Positions 35,901-47,364 of a DNA stretch of 64,000 nucleotides are shown here, one piece after another (position 1 is the stretch's first letter; every line of letters starts with the position of its first letter). The notes under the pieces were generated by a model. The model did not search any database. It worked only from the letters and a program-made list of their open reading frames with translations, and was not told where the DNA came from. The translations under genes and the position numbers were made by a program. The stretch comes from Bugula neritina (Eukaryota > Animalia > Bryozoa), in contig OZ037766.1 of assembly GCA_964035545.1 (NCBI GenBank), positions 32,106,773-32,170,772 of the forward strand, read 5' to 3'.

Positions 35901-38235
35901 TCAAGGTCATATTACCACTTAGCGACTGAAGGCTTACATTTACCAACTGGGAACTTGTATTTGCTATGGCTGCCCCCCAGTCCTCTCTAAATAGACAAAG
36001 AAAAGTGTTGCAAATAGCAGGAAAATTCAACATGATAAAGTAAAAACCAAAATGTAGAACTGTTTACTGAACTTCTACTATATTGAGAGAGCTAGGGCTA
36101 AATTTGAAGAAACTACTTCACCACATCACTGATTATGTGCTGGACTAATGTCAACTAAATGATTTGTTGGTCTTTAGTAATTAGATTCTGTGAAGTCACT
36201 TTGACATACTGATGCGTGCACACTGTATGATGATGCAAGCATACCGAATGCTCAGCTTATTTTAAGGTAACTCTAAAGTAGCACAATACTTTGAAGTATT
36301 GCTTAACTATAACAGCTGTTTGAGCCAAGTAGGCACAAAAGACTTTAGCTGTTGTCTCCCCTTATCTAACCTGCATCTAAAAGTATTCCAGGGATTTCCG
36401 CAACTGCTCCACGGCACTTTCGAATTAAAAGAGGCAAAAAAGTAGTAGAAGGCCCAAGACATGATCACATTGTAATAGACATTTAGAAAGAAGACGATCA
36501 AAGTAGTGGCGAAACCAATTCCTGTAATAGAATTACATACACCAAGTAGGTAGAGTTGGAGTTATGCTCACTCCATACCATACTTCCAAACAATAGAATA
36601 CTATATTATGCATGTAAGTAATAAATTCACATTCTATTGCCAAGTATACATGAAAGGTTGGCAGTTTCTAAAGCATTGCAGTAGTCAAGGCGTGGCCCTT
36701 ATTTATTAGACAGAAGGTAGGGTAAACATTTTGAATTTAGTAGTTATATCTGGTGGTTCAGGGAAATCTGATAGTGTTGATAATGCATTGTATGAGACAG
36801 GTAGTCACAGTATATCTGTCAGGTATATACTCAGTCAGACTCCCCAGGTAATCTCTTCTTACAAAGTTGAACACCTTTACTTTAAAAGTTTGAACTATTC
36901 TGTTTTTATAAAGCAATAAAATGTAGCAAAGCACCAATTTGGTTGATTAGGCTATGCATAGCTAGGAATTCATTAATGCTGTAAAAAGACTACATCTATA
37001 AAACATCATAAATCATATTTCTTACAACCTTGACTTCTTAGTGTCTGTAAACATGTTAAATATAGCTACTAGCTACTAGACTGCGCCAACTGCATATTAC
37101 CAGCTGTCAGATTAGAGGAAAACTGGGTATTTATTCAACTTGTAACATTATAATTAACATAAGTTTTTAGTTAGGTAATTACGACAATACTATAAATAGT
37201 GTACACCTGTTAAATGCCAACTCCTCGCATCACATTTATTTTAAACTAAGCAACGCCCAATTGTTTTTATTTTGAAATATTTAGATATTATTTTAGTCAC
37301 AGTAAACAGGGAGGGGAGACTGACAACGAACCTGTAAACAGAGGGCTGATGTTCCAGACTTTAATACCTCCAGCGGACATGAACTGGCCAATAGAAACTT
37401 CTAGAAAGAACATCGGGATTCCAGCTAGGATCACCATCAGGAAATATGGCAACAGGAAAGCACCTAAAATACAAACATAAGTTAAGACAACGCGTAAGGT
37501 TATGCAAATGGCTTTATTTAATTTTCACTTATTTAGTTGACTGAAGTTGACTGTTAATTTCCGGGTAGATGTCCACCAGGTGGTCTAGAACTCTAACCTC
37601 CACCATTCTTGTAGCAGAGATATGGAAATCTCCAGAAGTTTCCCAGTCCCACAGAGTAGCCAACACACGCCATGAGGAAGTCTATCTTCCTGTTGAATGT
37701 CTCTCTTTTGTTACCTAAAGTTAGCAAATGCCTATTATTATTATTCTTTAAGAAAATAGTGTAAATAGTGAAGCATTTCATCTTTATATGCTGCTAAAAC
37801 TTACTACTCAACTTCTTAAAACAGAACCGAGAACTGGAACCAACTGGAAGAACTGTTCAGAATATTGCAAGCAGTAAGACGAAAGTCATGTTTACCTGAA
37901 GGAGTGTGAGTCTACTTGAAGGAAAGTGAGTCTACCTGAAGGAGTGTGAGTCTACCTGAAGGAGAGTGAGTCTACCTGAAGGAGAGTGAGTTTACCTGAA
38001 GGAGAGTGAGTTTACCTGAAGGAGAGTGAGTTTACCTGAAGGAGAGTGAGTTTACCTGAAGGAGAGCGAGTTTACCTGAAGGAGAGTGAGTTGGTGAACT
38101 CGCAGTGTTGGAGGAAGATGAGGACGAGTCTGCGAGAGCGTCATCAGAGCTCTCTGGTGCCAGAGGGGCTTTCTCTGGGATTTCATCATTCTCTGCGTCG
38201 CCATTAAGTTGAGTCTTCTCTTCCGTGTTGGCCAT
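29912..38235 (-). CDS. SLC6 transporter, GABA/taurine/creatine-like subfamily (SLC6-C), paralog of SLC6-B, complete, 16 coding exons
   Basis: Exons 38235-38076, 37714-37598, 37463-37332, 36521-36371, 35986-35834, 34857-34725, 34410-34276, 34053-33920, 32480-32386, 32236-32124, 31895-31758, 31435-31336, 31123-30982, 30690-30531, 30392-30236, 30111-29912. Same intron positions and phases as SLC6-B. Motifs [22 protein letters not shown] and GLDSEF. Ends EKLHPV*. Confidence 0.94.
33695..33905. repeat. 21/24-bp minisatellite acctagataaacactac(aac)agtg next to the SLC6-C exon 8 donor
   Basis: About 9 copies. Confidence 0.85.
37891..38090 (-). repeat. 20-bp unit x10 containing the SLC6-C exon 1 donor
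   Basis: Plus-strand unit tttacctgaaggagagtgag with an exact 20-bp period. Confidence 0.93.
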
Positions 38236-38340
38236 TTTTTTTCAACAAGTGTAGTCTGTAAAGAGTATCTGCAGATATTCAGTAAGTGTAATCTGTAGAG
38301 TATCTGCAGATCTTTACTGAGTGGACTGTAATGGGGCTGC

Positions 38341-39107
38341 CACACTACAGTCAAAACGGCCATCTTGAACGCGTTTTCGAGGCTAAGCGTTGACCTCTGT
38401 GACGTCACAACTGAACGCAACTGTCAGTTTTTCGCGATGCGATGAAAGTTCAACATGTTCAACTGTCATCGCTGAAGTTGAGCGATCAGCCAATCACTGA
38501 CTGGCCAGGTAAACCCTGATTGGTTAAGTGCTTTTACTTTTTCCACGTGCTACTAGCGAGCATTATTATTTGATTTGGTTCTTCGAAAATTATATTAATT
38601 TACTTTTAAAATAATTATGCTGAAGTTATGTATGAAAGTTTCAATAAATCATGAAAATAAGTATTCATTAGATAAATTTTGCTAAATTTTATCTGCATAT
38701 TTAGTTTTTCTAATTTGGTTGAATTTTATTAGCGTACTATAACTATTTAGTTCTTTAGGCTAGTGAATGAGCTTGAATAAAGCTAAGTAATATCATTAAA
38801 TAAAGCTAGTAATTTTGAATAATTGAAGCTAGTAAATTAGAATAAAAATAACTAGAAAATCTTATTAAATTATGCTAGTAAATCTCAAAAAATTGCGCTA
38901 AGATTAATTGTTGGTTACTGTGGATACTGCAGAAACTGGTTTATGGCATTCCTATTGGTTTAAAATTTTACTGCGAGACTAGAGACAGTTAGCTTTCATC
39001 GTTCGTAGTGAACTGTAGTGTGACCAGCAAAAAGTAGGACGTGACGTTGAAGGCATGCGCAAGCAGCTCCAAAATGGCCGCCACAGTCGCGTTTCGACTG
39101 TAGTGTG
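38341..39107. mobile_element. Degenerate palindromic (MITE-like) element immediately upstream of SLC6-C
   Basis: cacactacagtcaaaacg (38341-38358) matches the reverse complement of 39090-39107 at 17/18. A second, inner inverted pair shares cgatgaaag (about 38425-38450 vs 38991-39025). CpG-rich ends, AT-rich core, no TSD found. Confidence 0.5.
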
Positions 39108-42100
39108 TTATGGGCATGAGGAGATTTATTGAACCGGAGAGGTGCTTTCTGCAGAAAGTCTTCAGCTCCAAGGAAAGTTTTCAATTTAAATTGAATGAAA
39201 AAATGATAAACCTGCTTACTATAGCTAATGATATTTGGTTATTGTGAACCAACTAATAAATGTAAAAGGCAAATTGGAGATGGGTTTTGCAGTTTCAAAA
39301 AAAAATATTGAATGCAATTGTCTATTATTATGAAAACTTATTTACGTTGTAGTTATTTACCAAAGTGCAGTATGCAGTATCAAGGCAACAACTTAAGGCC
39401 ACAGTGTAGAAGTCGTCAACCCTTGCCTCTAATTACGGACTTGTACTTGGTAGTAATTAGATTAAACAGTTACGCACGCAACTTCATTGGCTTATGCTAT
39501 TTTATGCATATAATTTTCAACCGTGGAAATTTCCATCACAAAACTGTAGCGTATACAATAGTTGTTATTGACATAAATTTGTAGTCAATAAAAAGTGACA
39601 TGGATTTAAGAAGTAACATGATTTGAGGGCAGCATAGAAACAAAAGGTTTCCATTGTGTGAATGAATAATTGCTTGTATTATGCTATATTTCAACCCACT
39701 CTTAATAACGTAGGCCGAGGTATAAAAATAGGAAAAACACTGGCAGCAATTAACAGTACAACAATGCAGGACTAATCAAATAAATCAAATTTAAAAAAAT
39801 GATTTCATTGCAATTTTATATCAAATCTTTGAAACTCATGCATCAAGAACTGCTGACATGTGTCGGATATAGTTTAGTGAATGAGTGGTTGACACCTGAG
39901 CAGGTGCTTGCAAGGTGTGTACTAGACATTGTCCAATGGGGTCATGAAATTCAACACAACTGTAGTTGCCTTCTCTGGATATTAAACTTGGTGACTTATG
40001 ACCCTAAGGAAGGACGGCTGGCGTCTGCTACTACCACCCAAGAATACACCTGTATCACTTCTACCGATAGCTGCAGATTTACAGTGCTGAATAATCATAA
40101 TGCCAAACAAAAACCCACATAGAAATTCTTGACAATTTTTTGCCAGATTTCTGCTATAAAATAATGTGCCTCCATTGTTCTAACACTCAAAGAAAAAGTG
40201 ATTTTGGTTTCATTGAGTATTAGGGAAACTTTAAGAAGCATTCTCAAAGCTTTCCTGCGTTATGTTCAGGAACATACTCATAGTTTTATTAATAAAGAAA
40301 ATAAATGCATAATATATTATTTTACATGTTGTTGAATTCAAAGTTGTTAAAACTAGCAACATATTTATTCCGTAAAAAAAGCTCACTAAACATGCATACT
40401 TCAACAGTGACTAAAATAGAACAAAAACTATTCTTACCTATAAACCAAATATGTCCAGATTTCCAACTATAACATTCAGCTTGAAATATATCTATGCTGA
40501 GTTATAAAACTGCTGCGGCATATTGATTGAATTAGGCTACACCCATTAGAAGCTGTTGCAGCCAATAAAAATGCTGTACGAAAAAAAAGACCAGCTACCC
40601 AATCAAGCTTTGCAACTGGACAACAATATTGAAGGAATATATTATTTATGATCAACTGGCAGATGTTTTAACTATAGGGGCGTATAGAAGACTAACCTCT
40701 AATTAATAGAGGTGCTTCCCAGCTTTGACATATATAAGTTTTATCAGGCAGTGGACAAAATAACTCACCCTATATCATGTTGAGGCAATGACTAAGGTGA
40801 ATGACAATGATATAAGAAGGCAGTAACCAAGGATATCTGCCAATAACCTACCTTCGACTACATATAATTTGATATGAATAAGTTGTCAGCCACTAAACAG
40901 TGTTCATTATGCTACGACTGTACACCACCACGTCATAGGAAGCTCCACTGCACAAAACTCAAATTAAACAGCCAAATGATCATTATTTCACTTTCTAGAT
41001 TTGGTAATTGTTAGCTGAAAGCTAGTCAATAAAGAGATCAATTAATTAAACTGAGTTATATTTCAATAGAAGAGTGTAAAATACTCCGATACTTACTGGC
41101 AAGTCAATGATCATATAAGAATTTGTCGGCAAGTCTGTGCACAATTAAGAACTCGTTGGCAGGTGTGTAATGGCTTGTAGCTGTCTAGAAAGGAACTACG
41201 TTTGCTATGAATTTTCATTGTCTAAATACTAAGGCATTCATAAAAATCAACAAGCCTTACAGGTTGTGTTTTTCTTAACTTTTTAATAAAATAGTTTTTA
41301 TTCATCGGTCATTAATAGCCTATAGGCCGACTTAAAACTACAATGAGTTACTAACAAACTGCCAGGCTGTTTGAAGACATTGCCAGTGTCTTTGAAAAAC
41401 TGAAATTTTAAGCCTGAAAATACATTGACAAGAACCTCTGTGTTACATGCAGTACTATGAAATTATGTTAGTAATTATAATAAATCAATATTGAAACCGT
41501 TACAGGTTGAACTTTAGCTTTATTACCAGTAAAACTCTGCCCCAGTTCTAATTGACCCCTGAACTAATTTTTAACAGCAGTATGTTGTAAGAAGGAATAT
41601 ACTCAAATTCCCGGAACTGAGGTGAACTGAGCTAATCAAAGCTTTTACTAATAAAGCTGTATTAATTAGCTTACAAGGAGTTAGAGCGGTGCATGATGTA
41701 AATTATTACTGGAAATGTTTACATTCGTTCTGCTGACCTGGAATTGAGTAAAGAATGGAAAATTTCCATATTAATCCTGAGTGAATATCGGCTATTTAAT
41801 CAAATTGCTAGTGATTGCTTGTAAGTGCTGAATGGGAGTCTACTTAGCTATATTGATTGCTGTAATATAATATAACAATTTACTAACAAGTTATTTTCAA
41901 CACAGCATAACTCAACCTATAATGAACCTCTGATTACAACGTCCATAGAGCTCGGTCAGGTGTTTCTAATTTTACTGTTTTCAATGGAAGCCATAAAACA
42001 CTTCCCTTATAAAAACTTGCAGCCTAAAATCTTATAACAAAGCCTATCTGCAAATTCTTTTAAATAAGCAGAATAAATATATTTTAGTATCGCCTTAGAT

Positions 42101-42731
42101 CCTAGAAAGACAAGGGGTATTGGCAGCTGCCCAAAGTGGTATCACTGCTCTACAGCACCCAAGCTAAATCTTATATTCCACAATCAATGGTTCTATTGTC
42201 TAATTTCTCCTGTCACTGATTACATGCCTATACAATCAATAATCATTATTACTACATTGTCAAATTTAAACATTATCCATGAATCCTTTCATCTAAGAAA
42301 CTTACCCAAGATGTTATGGCCTGCAAAACTATGCAAGTCCTGGACACCAACTTATTATAGTTGAATAGTTGACTAATAGTAGTATTAATCTTATACAATT
42401 ACCCAGTCTGCCAGCATTACAACTTAGAGTTATCTTCTCCTAGATAAGGTAAGACAACTGACAACATCTAAGTGCCTAGTATTCATAATGGTATTGTATA
42501 GCTCTATATTCTATAAGATAAAACAGTGCTAGAAGCAATGTGATAGAGCACATATATTAAAGTAAATATTTATGGTTCGTTTTTAGAATTCCACTAATAG
42601 TATTTATATTAAATATGAAAAATATATATTAGCAACTATATAATATAATAAAAATTGAAATAAATATCATATAGCAACCTAAATTATGAAAGTAACTGTT
42701 CAGCCCCATGGAGTAGTTTCACTCCTTTACC

Positions 42732-42820
42732 AGACAGTTAGGAGTTGAGTCCCCGGCTAGACAGTTAGTTAGGAGTTGAGTCCCCTGCTAGACAGTTAGT
42801 TAGGAGTTGAGTCCCCTGCT
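42732..42820 (-). repeat. 27-31-bp unit x3 duplicating the last codons and stop of MMAA
   Basis: agacagtt(agtt)aggagttgagtcccc(t/g)gct x3; each copy reads SRGLNS* on the minus strand. Confidence 0.85.
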
Positions 42821-45800
42821 GAATAGAAAATCATTGATGAGAAGGTCAGCAGCAAAGCCTGGTGACAAGTGACCTTGACGAACCTGCCTCTCAAGGTCAT
42901 CCTTCTGTCGCTTCACCGACTGATCCGACTCAAGGAGAGAATTCAGCTGATGGTGGACGTGATTCCACATCCAGACTATCTTCTGCAGACAGAGGAGTGA
43001 ATACAGACAAGTAGTGTAGACAAATAAACAAGTAAACAAGTGTGTAAACAAGTAAACAAATAGTGTCAACAAGTAGTGTAAACAACACCATTCCTACCTG
43101 CTTATCCCGTCTTGCAAGCAACTCTCCATTTTCTGACATAGTTTTATGATAAGATAGCATGTGGTCCCACAACTCCTTTACCCCTTCGTCCTTCACTGAG
43201 GAAACCCGCAACACCTGTGATGCAATAGAAACCGGCATAGACTAGAGGTAAAACTTACTAGGGGAGACGATAACCCTCTAACTAGCAGTCGACTCAGAAT
43301 CTATACAAATAGTAAGGATTAACTGATGCCAACCCATTACAGTCATGTGACAATGTGGTCATGTGACTATGTAGTCATGTGACCTATTGGACTAGATATA
43401 TAAATATTAGAAGCTGCTGTGATTGGCAGTATATATTAATGCTGGTTTACAGTATATTGCCATATCAATAGCAGATCAAACGCATGAATGAAAAGACTAA
43501 GAAACAAGTATGACACAACCAGGAAACATATTCAACACTGTCTGCCTTTACTAAAATAACTGTTTGGTGGATGAAAGAAGCGAACTGTTCTCTCTAGTCT
43601 CTACTACTTGAATGCCTGACAAATAATACGACATTTTCTTACCTTTGGAGACCAAAGAGTAGACCTGACCCGCATTAGTTTGAGAGCACTCGTGTACTCG
43701 GCTTGGGCTCTCCTGGCAGCTGGCAGCAGATCTCCGTCTGCCTTGTTTATGATAATAGAGTCAGCGAGCTCAATGATGCCTTTCTTCATGCCTACAGAGC
43801 AAGTACCGCACCTCATTATATTGACAAAAGGAGTTAATACATCAAGCTACAAGTTAGTGAGGAAATGAAGAAACACAGGCTACGTGTTCTTTAGACTGTG
43901 GTCCAGTGAATAGATTGGTAGACGTCAGACACACCCAGGTATTCCTCATTGTTATATATGGATAAGAAATACTAATGAAAGTCAGGTGTCACTGTGGACA
44001 TAGTAAGAAACTAGAATAAATGGAAGACACGATGGTGAAAAAGAGACTATATAGGAGGTAGTAAACCCCACACTACCTTGTAGTTCATCGCCAGATGCAG
44101 GGGGCACAACTACACAAAACATGTCCACCATATTAGCCACCGTAATCTCTGATTGGCCAACACCTGCAAACGAACAACAAAAGGAACCAATCATTGAGGA
44201 GCATCTTGAATTTCATGTAAGCCTGAACTAAACACACACAACACAGTGATAATCACTCCAGCTAGTAACAGGATGTACATTGTGACTTACCGACAGTTTC
44301 TACGAGTATGACATCATATCCTGAACCTTCACACAGACCAATCGCCTCATTGGTGCTCCGAGTAACTCCCCCTAGTGTTCCTTTGTTAGGTGAAGGTCGT
44401 ATGTATGCATTACTATTACATGAGAGCTTCATCATTCTAGTTTTATCTCCCAGAATAGAGCCTGCAAGTGAGGAGATAATTCTGAAAGGAGCAGATAACT
44501 CCTAAACAGCTCTTACCTTACTGTCTAACTAGAAGCAGTACAACTTATAGTTACAAGTACATAACGCATAGAGTATAATTTCATTCCAGATACAGTAACA
44601 CAATTAGTTACATCTGATAAGATGAATACCGATACCACATCCTACCACTGGGCACCACTAGACTGCTCAGGCTGAACTGATTTGCTGATCATCAGATAAA
44701 TAAACAAGCAGTAGCATGTTAGAAATGCATTGTTATGTTAAGATAAGAGGTTAAACGATAATCTCACCAATTATCTTTTGTCTTTCAAACTATATAAAGT
44801 ATTTTACAGTGCAGCATGTTTTTACCAATTAGAAACTTTCTGATGATCAGATTCAGTAAGCATCGAGTTTTGCATGATTTACGGCAAGAAAATTGAAAAT
44901 CAATTGTCCAAAATGTCTAAAAAACTTCTGGATTGACAACATTCCTTAAAATACTTCTATAAAATCACACGACTAATGGGGGATAGGAGAGAGCCCTTAC
45001 CACCCGTTGTGACAGATGAAGGATCTACAGCTAAAACAGCAACCTTATGACCTTGCTCAGTAAGATGTGTGCCTAGTGACTCAATGAGCGTAGACTTGCC
45101 TGCACCTGGAGCCCCTGATAGCCCTTCAAACATCAACAGAATTCAAATCTTTAGAAATGAAGCAAAAAACTGAATAAAACAAACTGCAGTGAAACAGACG
45201 AGATATGCAGTTACTGAGAATGAAACAAACCTATACGAAAAGTAAGTTCATTATTATTCTCCTTTTCCTTCATGTGGCGCAAGACTCTAGCTAGCAAAGC
45301 TTGGCCTGCAAAAGCAATGTAGTTGTTACAGGATACAAGATTACAAGATACTTAGTATTTTTTTAAAATCTAAGACTAAGCATATAATTATTAGATACAC
45401 AATACAAATATTATAATTATTATTTATTTACTTTTCTAAAATTTAAGCAATAGATAATACCTTTCAACAACTTTACTTTTTGTAATATGTTGACATCTTC
45501 AAGATGACACTTCCATGTTGACACTTTAAATTAGGTTTGTGCAAAATTTTCTGTATGTTAACAGTGACCAGTTCAATGGAAGGACAAAATCACAGAAACC
45601 ATATCGATTCTACTCATTAAAATAAAATGCACAATTCAATCTAGAAAATTACTACACAGCATAATTTACCCATAGCCTTCTTTCTTGAGTTGGCAGACTC
45701 TACCAGTGTGATGCCCTTAGCCAAGGAAGCACGCTGCCCCGACACAATACCCTCAAATAACTTGGAGACCTCAGGATCAAGTTGTGCAGTTGAGTCACTG

Positions 45801-45886
45801 ACATAGTTCCAAGAAGAGACGTATTTACTTCTCAAATTGAATGCTTCTGTCAGTCCAACTCGGAGAAATCTTTTCATCAACAGCAT
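42800..45886 (-). CDS. MMAA: Methylmalonic aciduria type A protein (MeaB/ArgK-family mitochondrial GTPase)
   Basis: Exons 45886-45670, 45305-45231, 45123-45001, 44461-44291, 44163-44077, 43791-43643, 43214-43098, 42982-42800. Basic N-terminus resembling a transit peptide; [13 protein letters not shown]; P-loop [12 protein letters not shown]; AVDPSS; [10 protein letters not shown]; ETVGVGQSE; [13 protein letters not shown]; NKAD. Confidence 0.95.
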
Positions 45887-46559
45887 TTCGTCTTTGTCTA
45901 AGTTCCAGCCAGTAGCAGTGTGAAGGGCAACAATAACTCGACCCCTGTTATAAAATCAACTACTGAATCTCAATTTTTTCATCAACTCATCATTATTTTA
46001 GTGAATGCTCAAGTTTATTAGTTCTTCAACAGATAAACAATTACATTTATGTTTTTTTCATTTGAACAAAAAATGAGTTTAAAGAAAAAGCATATTATTA
46101 AATATATTCAGACTACTTATAATTTATGTTTGATAATTTTAATCCTAAACCATTCAATGATTTCAATGTTTACTTCTTTAGATTTAATTTTCAGGGCATA
46201 GCTCATTAATTAGCCAGTTAATTGAAATCAATTTGACCTAACGGTTTTGTTAACTTGATTTACAATGAGCACTTAAAAATCGGTTAATGAGATCAACTTA
46301 TTAAAATAAGTAAATAGTGTCACTGGTATTACAATTTGATTTACTATCACCATTTGAGTATTTGCATAAGATAAACTTTCCAGACAATTTATTTCGTATA
46401 TAATATTTATTAGTTAGTACTAATAAAACAATGAATATCGTTACCATAATCTTGGGCTTAAAATTTAATATGAAATTAAATATGATATTTAATGTTTATT
46501 ACCTCAACAGTCAACTGAGGTAATAAACTGAGGTAATAATTCGGTAACTTATAGTTATT

Positions 46560-47020
46560 TATTTAAAACTTTTATTATTATAGTTATATAACATAATTAA
46601 TATTATAAACAATAATAATAAGTATAATAATTATTAATAATAAAAATATGCAACTGTTATATTAATTATATTATTAACATAATATTTATATTAATAATTA
46701 TAATAATAAATAATATTAATGAAATTACTAACTACTAATTATATTTATTGTAATACTAATAGTAATAGTAATACTAATAGTGATACTATTACTATTACTA
46801 ATACTATTAGTATTAGTAATACTAATAGTAATACTAATACTATTAGTATTAGTAATACTAATAGTAATACTAATACTATACTAATAGTAATAGTAATAGT
46901 AATACTAATACTAATAGTATTACTATTAGTATTAGTCTTACTAAGACTAATACTAATAGTTATAGTAAATGTAATACTAATACTATTAGATTTAGTATTA
47001 GTATTACTATTAGTATTATA
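46560..47020. repeat. AT-rich low-complexity / (TAA,TAG,TAC)n tract between MMAA and ALG9
   Basis: Direct reading. Confidence 0.85.
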
Positions 47021-47364
47021 CAACAACATAGTCTCAATATTAGAATAATTATAAAGTATGACAAATAAGCAAGAAGTTAAACCATTTTTCAAAAAAAAGA
47101 TAAGTTGGTTAATCCCTGGCTTGCCTTGCTATGACTTGAAACTGGCCTAGGCTTAGCAGCTACTTCAGCTTACAATTGCATTTTTAATTTCTACAGTGAA
47201 TTAAAAATTTCACCTTCACCTTGCATCAATTTCAATGATCTAATAAATTGGTCAACTAGGCTCGCTAATAATTTGGATTCTTTGCTTAGTTTAGTTGATG
47301 AGCTTTAGCTCCTATTGGTGCTTTGTAGAACCCGTGTATGTCACCTTCACCTTGACTTGACAAG

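Noticed and set aside
39799-40122. 107-aa ORF containing CVGYS, resembling SLC6 TM1
   Set aside because: Similarity is limited to about 12 nt; no further SNF motif or convincing splice structure.
46496-46527. 12-bp perfect inverted repeat (tttattacctca / tgaggtaataaa)
   Set aside because: Isolated short hairpin in very AT-rich DNA with no supporting context.
46719-47092. ORFs with hydrophobic, membrane-like runs
   Set aside because: Low-complexity trinucleotide tract.
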